A stretch of DNA of 63,463 nt from Sporobacter termitidis (GCA_029267955.1 JAJUHI010000001.1:1-63463), one strand, 5' to 3'; counted from the first letter of the stretch, positions 36,763-46,955 are shown. The notes: generated from the sequence alone by a model not told the origin. Translations and numbers: made by a program.

Positions 36763-38325
36763 ATGCGTATCAACACAAACCTCACCGCAATGAACACCTA
36801 TGGCCAGTACACGAAGAACAACAACAAGATCGCAAGCGCGGTCGCCAAGCTCTCGTCCGGCTACGCCATCAACGCAGCCGCCGACAACGCTGCGGGTCTC
36901 GCCATCTCTGAAAAAATGCGCGCCCAGATCCGCGGCCTCCAGAAGGCTTCCGCCAACGCGCAGGACGCCATCTCCCTGATCCAGACCGCTGAGGGCGCCC
37001 TGGAAGAGTCCACCCAGATCCTCCAGCGTATGCGTGAGCTGGCTGTTCAGTCGGCTTCCGACTCGAACGAGACCATCGACCGCAAGGCGCTGCAGGACGA
37101 GTTCGCCCAGCTGCAGAAGGAACTCAACGACATCGCCAAGAACACCACCTTCAACAAGAAGAACCTGCTGGACGGCTCCCTGGCGACCTCCAAGCAGTCC
37201 GTCGGCAGCGGCACAACTCTCCTGGGCTCCAGTATGTCCGTATCTGCCGGCAATGCCCAAGCTGGTATTTACAAATTCAACGTCAGCGTCGTCACAACGC
37301 AGAACGCGGTTTCCGCGGCAGCTGCCACCGATCTCACCTTCAACACGTCCTCGATCAACACGACATACTTCAATGCTTCCGCCGCTACATTCAGCGCGCT
37401 GAGCGGCACTCAGTCCTCACTGCTCAACGGCAACTACACGCTGTCTGTCGGTGAGATTGACAAAGAGGGCAATACATTTACTCTGATTGCCACCGGCGAT
37501 AACGGCCAGGTCTTCACCTCCCAAGCCATCGACATGGATGCCGACTATACATCCGGCGCCGTGACAATTAACTTTGGCAGCGATGCATTCACCCTCACAA
37601 TGGAGCTCCAGGCTGCATATTGTGGCAATTATAGTACGACCGAGATCGGCGATCAGACCCTTGAGAACATTGCCAACGCCTTCACCGGCACCGCCTTCAC
37701 CGTCAGCGGCGGCAAAGATCAAAAGGATGCCGTCACCGAGCTGCAGGCCAGCCTGACAGGCGCCTCCAATGTGACGCTGAAAGCCGGCGACGACAGCGTC
37801 ACCTTCGACAACGGCATTACCGTTAAGTTTGAAAAACTGACGGCGTCTGACGTCGACACGCAGGCGACCAATTACCAGGCTATTTTCGGCAATGGCGAGT
37901 CCACAATCCACATCACGAGCACTGCCAACGCCGGTCTGACCTTCCAGGTTGGCGCCAACGAGAGCGACGAGCTGACAATCAACATCGACCGGATGGATTC
38001 CGAATTCCTCGGCATCAACGGCGCCACCGTCATCGACCGCGAATCGGCCGCCGCTGCCGTTACTGTTGTCGACGAGGCCATCAATCAGGTTTCCTCGCAG
38101 CGTGCGTACCTTGGCGCTATCCAGAACAGGCTGGATCACAAGATCGCCAACCTCGAGACCTCCACGGAGAACCTGACCTCCGCCGAGAGCCAGATCCGCG
38201 ATGTGGATATGGCCAAGGAGATGACCAACTTCACCAACGCCAACATCCTGCAGCAGGCCGCCACGGCGATGCTCGCCCAGGCCAACAGCCTGCCCCAGAA
38301 CGTCCTCTCCCTCATCGGCGGCTAA
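36763..38325 (+). CDS. fliC: Flagellin
   Basis: MRINTN, KLSSG..IN.AAD.AAGLAISEKMRAQIRGL, LQRMRELAVQS, LGAIQNRL, AESQIRDVDMAKEM; start after AAGGAGG. Confidence 0.98.
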   Translation: MRINTNLTAMNTYGQYTKNNNKIASAVAKLSSGYAINAAADNAAGLAISEKMRAQIRGLQKASANAQDAISLIQTAEGALEESTQILQRMRELAVQSASDSNETIDRKALQDEFAQLQKELNDIAKNTTFNKKNLLDGSLATSKQSVGSGTTLLGSSMSVSAGNAQAGIYKFNVSVVTTQNAVSAAAATDLTFNTSSINTTYFNASAATFSALSGTQSSLLNGNYTLSVGEIDKEGNTFTLIATGDNGQVFTSQAIDMDADYTSGAVTINFGSDAFTLTMELQAAYCGNYSTTEIGDQTLENIANAFTGTAFTVSGGKDQKDAVTELQASLTGASNVTLKAGDDSVTFDNGITVKFEKLTASDVDTQATNYQAIFGNGESTIHITSTANAGLTFQVGANESDELTINIDRMDSEFLGINGATVIDRESAAAAVTVVDEAINQVSSQRAYLGAIQNRLDHKIANLETSTENLTSAESQIRDVDMAKEMTNFTNANILQQAATAMLAQANSLPQNVLSLIGG

Positions 38326-38354
38326 TAGCCCAGCCAATTCCTCTCTTTATGATA

Positions 38355-38382
38355 GAAAAAGCCCGGGTAACCGGGCTTTTTC
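38355..38382. terminator. Bidirectional terminator after fliC
   Basis: GAAAAAGCCCGG-gtaa-CCGGGCTTTTTC. Confidence 0.85.
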
Positions 38383-39264
38383 CTATTTCAAATATTCCCG
38401 CAGCTCCCGGGGGCCGGCGATAACGTCCTTGCCGATATATACCGTGCCGTCGGGCCGCGCCTTTTCTTCCCAGCGCACCAGGGATATGGCGCCATAGACG
38501 ATTTCCAGGGCCGTTATGCTCCAGGGGTGGACGCAGCAGCCGTCATTAAAATACCTGCCCTCCCCCGGCTCCGGGAAAACGGGCCGGTGGGTGTGCCCCG
38601 CCACAATCGGCGTGCCGCGCCGCGCCGCCCAGGCCGTCAGCCGCTTTTCAACCTTTTCCTTGACCTTGTTGTTCCTGGACGCGCTGGTGGGGTCGCGAAA
38701 GCCGATAAGCTCCAGCGGCTTCCACAGGTAACGGACAAGAAACCGCGCCAGCGGCCACAACGTGTCATTTAAAATATCAACCTGATGGCCGTGGACTAAA
38801 AAAAGCGCGCCGTCCAGCCCGTCATACCTGATAGCCAGTCCCTCCAGCATGGGGATATCCCTGTAAAACGCGCCGCATGTCTCCGGGATGCCGTTTAAAG
38901 ACGCGGCCAGCCATTGCTTTTTTTTCTTTAAGATATCATGGTTGCCGTAGAGCATATACAGTCTCTTATCCCGGTAAAACTGCTCCATAAGCGCAAAAAC
39001 ATCGCTGTGGATGGCGCAGATATCCGCTATTCGGTTGTTTTTCCAGAGCTCGTCGCCGTCCCCCAGCTCGATATATGTATATTTCAGCCGGTTATAATGC
39101 TCCAGTGCTGCGTAATAAATGACCTTGTTGCCGGCAAAGTCATCGGCGAAGCTGCCGGAGCCCCTGTGGCAGTCGCTGATGATGACGATTTTCCAGCGGT
39201 CATCAATCAGCAGCGTCTTTGACGATTCAAATATCCGGTCCAGTTTCCTGTTATATGAAAGCAT
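38383..39264 (-). CDS. Calcineurin-like metallophosphoesterase
   Basis: ISDCH, LGDGDELW, GNHD, HGH, GHTH motifs. Confidence 0.9.
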   Translation of the reverse strand: MLSYNRKLDRIFESSKTLLIDDRWKIVIISDCHRGSGSFADDFAGNKVIYYAALEHYNRLKYTYIELGDGDELWKNNRIADICAIHSDVFALMEQFYRDKRLYMLYGNHDILKKKKQWLAASLNGIPETCGAFYRDIPMLEGLAIRYDGLDGALFLVHGHQVDILNDTLWPLARFLVRYLWKPLELIGFRDPTSASRNNKVKEKVEKRLTAWAARRGTPIVAGHTHRPVFPEPGEGRYFNDGCCVHPWSITALEIVYGAISLVRWEEKARPDGTVYIGKDVIAGPRELREYLK

Positions 39265-39551
39265 ATTTCCCCCGCCTGTGCCGGTATGGTGTCGACCACA
39301 ATATATGGTAAGTTGTATAATTATTCACCCAGTTTTAATCCTATATATTGAGTATGAATATAAGCTGACTTTTTTATGTAACCCAGCCGCGCCGAAGCTT
39401 CGCCGCGTCTTTTCTTTAGTCTGGATCAGGCCTTGGTTTGTCAAGATACGGTTTGATGACTTCGTATTTGACTCTTCCCATGATATTCAGGAGCCGCTTT
39501 AAACGTTTGCATCGGCACGTCCTGCCGTTTTCAGGCCATCCGCTGTAAAAC

Positions 39552-39576
39552 AAAAAGCCCCCTCGTCAAAGGGGGC
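39552..39576 (-). terminator. Intrinsic terminator after flavodoxin-like gene
   Basis: Minus strand GCCCCCT-N6-AGGGGGC followed by a T tract. Confidence 0.65.
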
Positions 39577-39646
39577 AAATTGCTCACAGGCGAAAATCGT
39601 TTTTAGGCGATTGGGGGATTCAAATTAAGCCGTAACAGAATCCTTA

Positions 39647-40198
39647 TCAATCGCGCTTGTTCAATGCCTCGGCCAGCGCCCGGAGGGCGTCCTGCACCTC
39701 CGGCCGGGTCGCGCTGGGGATGTTGTCCGAGTCGTCGGCAAAGACGGTGCCGACGGATTTGGCGTTCATGTCGCCCAGGAGCACCTTGGCCGTGTCAAAG
39801 CCCCGGGTCAGAGGGCCGACGCCGCCCCGCACAATGATGATGCCGGCCTTTTTCTTCTTCGGAACGGGGACCTCCTGTCGGAGGTACTTGGCGCACCAAT
39901 AAGTCTGCAGGCGGCTTAATACGGCCAGCAGCTGACCGGACAGCTCGGAAAAGTAGGTGGGCGAGGCGATCACAATATTGTCCGCCTCCTGAATGTCCCC
40001 ATAAATCTCCTGCATGCCGTCCTTGATGGCGCAGCCGGGGTTCTTCCAGCAAAACCGGCAGTCAATACAGGGCCTGACGTTGCAGTCATAGGCCCTGACG
40101 ATCTTTACTTCGCCCTCCAGCTCCTTGACAAGCGCCTCCACCAGGGACGACGTGTTGCCCTTTACCCGGGGGGAACCGTTAAAAATGAGAGTTTTCAT
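39647..40198 (-). CDS. Flavodoxin-fold NADPH-dependent FMN reductase / iron-sulfur flavoprotein family
   Basis: NGSPR..GNT, PCIDCRFCW...GC.IKD.M, IASPTY; GAAGGAG RBS before ATG 40198. Confidence 0.88.
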   Translation of the reverse strand: MKTLIFNGSPRVKGNTSSLVEALVKELEGEVKIVRAYDCNVRPCIDCRFCWKNPGCAIKDGMQEIYGDIQEADNIVIASPTYFSELSGQLLAVLSRLQTYWCAKYLRQEVPVPKKKKAGIIIVRGGVGPLTRGFDTAKVLLGDMNAKSVGTVFADDSDNIPSATRPEVQDALRALAEALNKRD

Positions 40199-40252
40199 AA
40201 ATTTTACTCCTTCATTGCATATTTTACATGGTACAATCAAATAGCCGGGCCC

Positions 40253-40279
40253 TTATGTTCTGTAAATAACAGCCGATAA
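40253..40279 (+). promoter_or_regulatory. Putative sigma28 promoter of glycosyltransferase
   Basis: TTATGTTC-N11-GCCGATAA (perfect -10). Confidence 0.6.
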
Positions 40280-40333
40280 ATAAATCAGATGAATCGTCAT
40301 ACCGCGCATAATGAATTTTAGGGAGAAAATAAC

Positions 40334-42463
40334 ATGTTGCTGTCAATTGGCATGATTGTAAAAAACGAAGAGAAATTCTTAAGGCGCTGCCTGGAGGCGT
40401 TATCGCCGATTCTGGAGCAGGTCCCAAGCGAGCTGATTATCGCCGATACGGGCTCCACGGACAAAACCGTAGACATCGCGCGGCAGTTTACGGATAAGGT
40501 TTTCCATTTTGAGTGGTGCGACGATTTTGCCGCCGCCAGGAACTCGACGCTTAAAAAAGCAAAAGGGGAATGGTACTTATTCATTGACGCCGATGAGATT
40601 ATTGAAAGCTGCGCCGATCTCATCAATTTCTTCAACTCGGGAGAGTACCGTCACTACAATTCCGCGTCAATCATCATCCGGAGCTTTAACGATGAAAACC
40701 AAAAGGTAAAAGCGTCCATCCGGGTCGTCCGGCTTGTCAAAATGTCCGGGAAACTGGAATTTCAAAACCCTGTCCACGAGAGGCTCAATATCATCAATCC
40801 GCCGCTAAAGCCTCTGAATGTCATTTTTGACCATTATGGTTACGTCACGGAAAACAACGAGGACTTTGTCAGGAGCAAGATGGAACGCAACTTAAAGCTC
40901 ATGCTCGCGGAGGAAAAACGCAGGCCGGACGATTGCATCAATCTGCTCAATATTGTCCAGACGCACCTGTTGCTCGGCAACCTGGAGGCCGGTCTCGGCT
41001 ACTGCGAGAAGGGCATAAAATACGCCAGGGAGCAAAAGAGCTTTCTGGAACATATATTTTACATAAGAAAAGCGCAGTTCAACCTAAGCTTAAATAACTA
41101 CGCCAACACGCTGGCCGTCATAGACGACTATTTTAAAAACAAAACTACGACGCTGGTCTCCGATCTTGAAATGTATGTATACCAGGCAAAAAGCTATGCG
41201 CACTTAAATGCGTTTGATCAGGCGATTGGGGCATATAAAAGCTATATCAGCTTGTATGACGAATACAAAAGGGGGCTGCACCATACGCCCGACGAGTACT
41301 ACAGCTCGATAAATTACATTGACGATGCCCTGTATGTCAATATCGTACTGGATCTTATCGACCTGTTAATTCACGTGAACGATTTTGAGGCGGTAAAATC
41401 CTACCGTGATCTGCCGACCCTGACAAACTTCCGGGACGACGGCGAGATTTCCGGGCGCAGATTGCTGCAGGATTTTGAAATCATGAAAAGGCGCGGCGAT
41501 TACGCCGAGCTGCCTCTGCTGTATGACCGTCAGCATCCCGGGCAGCAGGCTGTCCTGGAGAACATGATTGAAGAACTGCTGCAGGGCGAGGATCATAACG
41601 ACTTGTCCATTTACGCGCACTTTTATAATTCGAAAATTGAAGAGACGCCCTATGTGAAGCTCATACGGCTCCGGCACTTGCATTGCGCCGGTTCCCTGGC
41701 TGCAAAGGATGTGGAAGCGGTCCTTAAGGAACTGGAAACCGTCAATGAGCCGTATGCCGATCTGGTCTATCTGACCTTTTACAGCGGCGCTTCCCTCAAG
41801 CTGCTCGGCAGCAAAGTAAGCCCCTATGATTTTGCGGAAACAGCGTATTCCAACACCCGCTGCTGCCGGCAATGGCCCCGGTACGCCTTGTCGGCTTTTG
41901 ACGGAACGGCCGATCGCTTTGAGGCGGAGCGGCACCTGTGGATAGCGGTGCTCCATGAGCGCGCCCTGTTGTCGGACGGTACCGGCGACGAGACAAAGCC
42001 GGCGCTGTTTCACGAATACGGCCGGCATTACGGCAAATACATGGAGCATATACTCAAAGCCGAAACGCTCTGGGAAGAACAGGCGAGCCTGCTGCCGCGG
42101 CCTTTGAGAACCGGCCTCTTCTGCAGCCTTGCCGCCAAATACAGGGCTGAAGGCAATTTGAAGGAATACGTCCAGGCCTTAAGGCGTGTCTTAAAATCCG
42201 ACCCGAGATTTTCGCACGTGGTTCAGCTTTTGACGGACGAGCTGTCAACAGACAGGCTGTCAGCAGACAAGTTGTCTGGCGGAGAGACGAACCGGCAGCC
42301 GGACTTTTACGAATATGCCAGAACGGTTAAAAAGAACATCGCTTATCTGTGTGAAATCAATGAGACGGAAAAAGCTTTTAGCCTGCTGGCGGCTTACGAG
42401 CAGCTCAACCCCGACGACGAGGAGATCGCCGCCCTGAAAGCGCGGTTTCAAAACCGGGCCTGA
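40334..42463 (+). CDS. GT2 family glycosyltransferase with TPR-like helical C-terminus (putative flagellin glycosyltransferase)
   Basis: LSIGMIVKNEE, DTGSTD, W.DDFAAARN, IDADE, VHE, HYGY. Confidence 0.88.
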   Translation: MLLSIGMIVKNEEKFLRRCLEALSPILEQVPSELIIADTGSTDKTVDIARQFTDKVFHFEWCDDFAAARNSTLKKAKGEWYLFIDADEIIESCADLINFFNSGEYRHYNSASIIIRSFNDENQKVKASIRVVRLVKMSGKLEFQNPVHERLNIINPPLKPLNVIFDHYGYVTENNEDFVRSKMERNLKLMLAEEKRRPDDCINLLNIVQTHLLLGNLEAGLGYCEKGIKYAREQKSFLEHIFYIRKAQFNLSLNNYANTLAVIDDYFKNKTTTLVSDLEMYVYQAKSYAHLNAFDQAIGAYKSYISLYDEYKRGLHHTPDEYYSSINYIDDALYVNIVLDLIDLLIHVNDFEAVKSYRDLPTLTNFRDDGEISGRRLLQDFEIMKRRGDYAELPLLYDRQHPGQQAVLENMIEELLQGEDHNDLSIYAHFYNSKIEETPYVKLIRLRHLHCAGSLAAKDVEAVLKELETVNEPYADLVYLTFYSGASLKLLGSKVSPYDFAETAYSNTRCCRQWPRYALSAFDGTADRFEAERHLWIAVLHERALLSDGTGDETKPALFHEYGRHYGKYMEHILKAETLWEEQASLLPRPLRTGLFCSLAAKYRAEGNLKEYVQALRRVLKSDPRFSHVVQLLTDELSTDRLSADKLSGGETNRQPDFYEYARTVKKNIAYLCEINETEKAFSLLAAYEQLNPDDEEIAALKARFQNRA

Positions 42464-42526
42464 CGCGGGCTGATGCCTTTAACCCTTAATAAGCTCAATC
42501 TAACATAACAGCCTGCCGATGGCAAC

Positions 42527-42564
42527 CAAATCCCCGGACACGCTCACAGCGCGCCGGGGATTTG
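42527..42564. terminator. Hairpin between convergent GT and cheW genes
   Basis: CAAATCCCCGG...CCGGGGATTTG. Confidence 0.55.
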
Positions 42565-42582
42565 CACTTGATACGCTCTTGT

Positions 42583-43047
42583 TTACGCCTCGTCGTCGAT
42601 ACCGAAAACGGCGGGGACGTTGAGGATCTGCCTGATTTTGTCGTCAACGCAGGCAATCTTTGTGGTGTAGTTGAGATGATCGCCGCTCACCGCCGGAGAG
42701 TCGGACAGCTCCTGGGCGGATATGTGGATAACGTCCTGCACCGAGTCCACAATGGCGCCCACAAGCTCCGATTCCAGCATGATGACGATGATGCAGGCCC
42801 GGTCGTCATACTCCCTAGGCGGAAATCCCAGCTTGATGCGCATGTCCAAAACCGGGACGATGGTGCCGCGGATATTGATTATACCGCTGCAAAACGGCAG
42901 CGCGTTGGGTATCTTTGAGACAGGCTGGATTTCAATGATTTCCTGCACCAGGCCGATATCGATGCCGAAATCGATGGTATCGACAGAAAATATCAGATAT
43001 TCCTGCATGTCGTCCGAAACGGCGGTTTCCATGAGATAGTCGTCCAT
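42583..43047 (-). CDS. cheW: Chemotaxis adaptor CheW
   Basis: YLIF, VQEII, GIINIRGTIVPVLDMR, GAIVDSV.DV. Confidence 0.95.
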   Translation of the reverse strand: MDDYLMETAVSDDMQEYLIFSVDTIDFGIDIGLVQEIIEIQPVSKIPNALPFCSGIINIRGTIVPVLDMRIKLGFPPREYDDRACIIVIMLESELVGAIVDSVQDVIHISAQELSDSPAVSGDHLNYTTKIACVDDKIRQILNVPAVFGIDDEA

Positions 43048-43078
43048 GATTCGCTTCCTCCATATTCATCCGTCGGGC

Positions 43079-45148
43079 TTACAGGCCGTTGACATCAATA
43101 ATCAGATTGATCGACCCGTCGCCGAGAATCGCACAGCCGCCGATGCCGGCCAGACTGGACGAGCAGCGCTTGAGATAATTGGGCAGCTTCTTGACAACCA
43201 CCTGATATTCCCCGTCCAGATGGTCAAAGAATATGCAAAATTCCTTTTCCTCCGAGGCGATGTGCATGATCATGCCCTCGCCAAGCTCCGTGACCGCGTC
43301 GTCCACGTTGAAGAACTCGCTCAAGCGGATGAGCGAATAGACGTTGCCCTGGAGCATGATCATCTCGTGGCCTTCCGGATCGGTGAAGATATCCTCCACA
43401 TTCGGCTTGACCGCCGAACGCACCGAAACGGTGGGAACAATAAAGTTCATGGAGCCCACATTAAACTTCATGCCGTCCACAATGGTCAGCGTCAGCGGGA
43501 TGCGGATGGTGTGAATGGTCCCTTTTCCGGGCTCGCTGTCCACCGTGACCGAACCGCCGATGTAGCCGATGTTCTTGCGGACCACGTCCATGCCCACGCC
43601 GCGGCCGGAATATTCCGTCACCTCATCCTTGGTGGAGAAGCCCGGCAGGAAGATCAGGTTGTAGATTTCCTTGTCCGTCATCTCCGATTCGGACTTGGTG
43701 AGCAGGCCCTTTTCCGACGCCTTCTTCAGAATCTTTTCCCTTGACAGGCCGCCGCCGTCGTCGGCGACGGTGACAATAACGTCGCTGCCGGTCATTCGGG
43801 CTTCCAGAGTGATTTTGCCGCTGGCCGGCTTTCCGCGTTTCTTTCTTGTTTCCGGGTCCTCAATGCCGTGGTCAACCGAATTGCGGATGATATGTAACAA
43901 CGGGTCGGAGAGATAGTCGATGACGTTTTTGTCGACCTCCGTCTCCTCGCCGATAATCTCCAGCTCAATGTTCTTGCCGAACTTTTTGCTCATGTCGCGC
44001 ACAAGCCGGCGCATCTTCTGGAACAGGGTCGACACCGGTATCATCCGGATGGACATAACGATATCCTGCAGCTCGTTGATCAGCGAGTGCAGCTGCTGCG
44101 CCGCCGAGTCGAAGCTGTCATGGGCCAGGCTGCCGAAATCGGCGTTGCTCATAACCATGGACTGGGCCGTCACAATCTCGCCGACGATGTTCAGGAGGCT
44201 GTCCAGCTTGTTGACGTTGACGCTGATAAAGTTCTGTTTGGCTACCGACTCAAAGGAATTTTCAGCCGCCTGCTGCTCGGTTTGCCTACCGGACGCCGCC
44301 GCGGCCGCCTGCTCCTTGCTCTGCCGGATCTCAACCGGGATCTCCTCGTCGTCGCCCTCGATGGAGAGCACGCTGCAGGATTTCAAAAACAGGGTTTCGT
44401 CCAGTATGGCCTTGATTTCGTCCGGATTATGGCCCGTCTGCAGGAAAATGAGAAAACCGTTTCTCCGGATCTCATCCGCGGCCGCTTCCGTATCCAGGTT
44501 CTGGGGCACATGGGCGTACCGGAGACTGATTTTTTTAATGTTCTGAATGACGCCGAAGGCCCGTATATGTTCCATCTGGCTGTTTTCATCGAAAAACAGC
44601 TTGATTTTATAATAGGCTTCCTCCCCCTTGCCGTAAACGGGCGCAGGGGCCATCGTCTCCGCCGGCTTTGCAGCCGCCGGAGCAACGGCGGCCGGGACAG
44701 CGGCTTCCGGGGCAGCCTGCTGGGTCGTCGCAGCGGCGGCGGTTTCGCCCTGCAGGCGCGCCACAAGGAGCTTCAGCCGCTCCATCAGCGGCGCCGGGTC
44801 TCCGTCCATCGGCGCTTTTTCCAGGAGCTTGGCCAGCTCGCCGTTGAAATAGGAAACGGCGCTGAAAACGACGTCAAAAATATCCGGCCACTCCGATAAG
44901 CCGGAACCGTTGTTGTCCCGGATGATGGCAAACATATCTTCCAGCGAATGGGCCAGCTTTGCCATATTTTCAAACTCCATCATGGCGGAAGCGCCCTTGA
45001 TGGTGTGCATAACCCGGAAAACCTCGTCAATCTGCTCGGCATTGAGCCTTTTGTCGTTTTCGCCCGCGAAAAGGGTGTTCTCCAAGGATTCCAGGAGCTG
45101 CTGCGTTTCATAAATATATACATCAAGCATTGATTCGTCGGCAATCAT
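43079..45148 (-). CDS. cheA: Chemotaxis histidine kinase CheA
   Basis: Hpt FRVMHTIKG, P2, DPLLHIIRNSVDHGIE, DDGGGL, FLPGFST..SGRGVGMDVV, CheW domain; start MIADES (45148). Confidence 0.97.
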   Translation of the reverse strand: MIADESMLDVYIYETQQLLESLENTLFAGENDKRLNAEQIDEVFRVMHTIKGASAMMEFENMAKLAHSLEDMFAIIRDNNGSGLSEWPDIFDVVFSAVSYFNGELAKLLEKAPMDGDPAPLMERLKLLVARLQGETAAAATTQQAAPEAAVPAAVAPAAAKPAETMAPAPVYGKGEEAYYKIKLFFDENSQMEHIRAFGVIQNIKKISLRYAHVPQNLDTEAAADEIRRNGFLIFLQTGHNPDEIKAILDETLFLKSCSVLSIEGDDEEIPVEIRQSKEQAAAAASGRQTEQQAAENSFESVAKQNFISVNVNKLDSLLNIVGEIVTAQSMVMSNADFGSLAHDSFDSAAQQLHSLINELQDIVMSIRMIPVSTLFQKMRRLVRDMSKKFGKNIELEIIGEETEVDKNVIDYLSDPLLHIIRNSVDHGIEDPETRKKRGKPASGKITLEARMTGSDVIVTVADDGGGLSREKILKKASEKGLLTKSESEMTDKEIYNLIFLPGFSTKDEVTEYSGRGVGMDVVRKNIGYIGGSVTVDSEPGKGTIHTIRIPLTLTIVDGMKFNVGSMNFIVPTVSVRSAVKPNVEDIFTDPEGHEMIMLQGNVYSLIRLSEFFNVDDAVTELGEGMIMHIASEEKEFCIFFDHLDGEYQVVVKKLPNYLKRCSSSLAGIGGCAILGDGSINLIIDVNGL

Positions 45149-45207
45149 TCGTGTCCCCTCTTCTCCCATATTCTTATCGTCGATGCCGGCTATGGGCATG
45201 CGCGCTG

Positions 45208-45564
45208 TCAGGCCAGCTTGTCAATGGCAGAAAGAATGCCTTCTTCCTTAAACGGCTTGACAATAAAGCCCTTCGCGCCACTCATAATTGCCTCTCTGAC
45301 CATTGCCTCCTGCCCCATTGCAGAGACCATAATCACATTGGCAGACGGATTGATCGCTATTATCTCACGCAGCGCCTGCAATCCGTCCAGCTCCGGCATG
45401 GTGATATCCATCGTGACGATGTCCGGCGCTAACGCCTTGTACCGTTCAATGGCGACTTTTCCGTTCTCGGCTTCGCCGACGACCTCATGAGCGCTCTTTT
45501 TAAGCATATTTTTTATGGTGATTCTCATGAATGCCGCATCATCAACAATCAGTATTTTTGCCAT
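45208..45564 (-). CDS. cheY: Chemotaxis response regulator CheY
   Basis: ILIVDDAAFMR, MDITMPELDG, SAMGQ, FIVKPF. Confidence 0.95.
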   Translation of the reverse strand: MAKILIVDDAAFMRITIKNMLKKSAHEVVGEAENGKVAIERYKALAPDIVTMDITMPELDGLQALREIIAINPSANVIMVSAMGQEAMVREAIMSGAKGFIVKPFKEEGILSAIDKLA

Positions 45565-45618
45565 TTTCGTCTTACCCTCCGACTCGTTTGGATATGGATA
45601 GTTGCCCCCTTGGGCTTT

Positions 45619-46110
45619 TCAGATTACTTTTACCGCTCTGTCAACCGTTTTGATCGTCATCTTCCCAGTCTCAAGATCGAAGTAAATGGTCCGGCCTTTG
45701 TTGCCGCCGGTATCCTGAGCGACCAGCTCGATGCCCAGCTTCTTGAGCGTATCCTTGCTGCTTTGAATATTGCGCTTGCCAACCTCATGGACGTCCGACG
45801 TGCTTTTCATGGTAAACATGGAAGCGCCGCCCGCCATTTTCGCCTTCAACCTGGACCGGGAGGCGCCGGCCTTGACAAGGGCGTCCACAAGATCGGTAAT
45901 GCCGGAATCGGCAAATTTCGTACGGGCGTGATTGCCGTTTTCAAACCCTTGTAACGTCGGCAGCAATATATGTATCAGTCCGCCGATTCTCGTTACCGGG
46001 TCGTAGATCGCAACGCCGATACAAGAGCCGAGGCCCAGCGAGTACAATTGATCGGGCGCCCGGGCAATTTTCATCATGGCGATATCAACCGCGTGACTGT
46101 TTATACTCAT
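45619..46110 (-). CDS. cheD: Chemoreceptor glutamine deamidase CheD
   Basis: GLGSCIGV, GGL.HILLP, KFAD, AKMAGGA.MF, DTGG..GRT. Confidence 0.96.
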   Translation of the reverse strand: MSINSHAVDIAMMKIARAPDQLYSLGLGSCIGVAIYDPVTRIGGLIHILLPTLQGFENGNHARTKFADSGITDLVDALVKAGASRSRLKAKMAGGASMFTMKSTSDVHEVGKRNIQSSKDTLKKLGIELVAQDTGGNKGRTIYFDLETGKMTIKTVDRAVKVI

Positions 46111-46743
46111 TTATTCGAATCCTAACGACTGCAATATTTTATCGCATGAGGAGCGATCGGGGATCAAAAACAAATCGCCGATAATGCGCTCTTTTTCATT
46201 AAACAGTTCCGACTGAAAGAAAACGGCAAAATCTCCCGCTTTCCCGGCTTCGGCAATGGCCACATTGAGCACGGCGCCCACCATGTCGATACACAGGTAC
46301 GGCGTGGACGGCTGCGTCTTCAGACCCGTCATCTCTGAAAGCGCCGTCATGTATGACCCGCCCAGGATATTGACCGTCTCCGCGATAACGGACTTTTCAA
46401 CCGATGAGTACCGCCGCACCGTGTCGGCCTTCCGTTTGCGGTAACGCTTGCCGAGCATCATTGAGATGATCCTGTCCGCCTGGACCTGATCCAGCACAAC
46501 CATAAAAAAGCCGGAAAGGTCGCCTGTAATATCGAGAAGCCCGGCGACGACAATCTTTTCAGCCCCGCCGAGTTGGTTTGGCATATCGGCCAGCGGAATA
46601 AGCATGACGTTGGGGACGGATTGAACAATCGGACGGTTGAGCAGCGCCGCCAGCGCGGTGGCGGCATGGCCGCTGCCGATGTTGGCGATTTCGCTCAGAA
46701 CATCCTTTTTTTCCGTGTCCATATTCCCCGGAATACTGTTCAT
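46111..46743 (-). CDS. cheC: CheY-P phosphatase CheC
   Basis: DVLSEIANIGSGHAATAL, SVIAETVNIL..Y..ALS, DMVGAVL. Confidence 0.95.
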   Translation of the reverse strand: MNSIPGNMDTEKKDVLSEIANIGSGHAATALAALLNRPIVQSVPNVMLIPLADMPNQLGGAEKIVVAGLLDITGDLSGFFMVVLDQVQADRIISMMLGKRYRKRKADTVRRYSSVEKSVIAETVNILGGSYMTALSEMTGLKTQPSTPYLCIDMVGAVLNVAIAEAGKAGDFAVFFQSELFNEKERIIGDLFLIPDRSSCDKILQSLGFE

Positions 46744-46784
46744 TTATATCCTCCAGTCTCCGCAATGTAAACTCACGTTATATA

Positions 46785-46811
46785 ATTTCGACATTTTTAG
46801 CGATTACTTGA
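46785..46811 (-). promoter_or_regulatory. Putative sigma28 promoter of cheC-D-Y-A-W
   Basis: TCAAGTAA-N11-GTCGAAAT on the minus strand. Confidence 0.55.
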
Positions 46812-46955
46812 GAAGTGAAAAAATAAATAGATAGTATTGTAATCGTATCCAGGTTTGTTATAATTATTTTGTATATTTTGCTGATATCGTGCGCCGTTTC
46901 GCCTGAAACGGCGCCCTGCGCCGGAAACGATATCGATGAAAAATTTCCTTTCGTC

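Noticed and set aside
39417-39500. Short minus-strand frame (..LLNIMGRVKYEVIKPYLDK..) that looks protein-like
   Set aside because: No convincing start or RBS and too short to assign; possibly a gene remnant, but unsupported.
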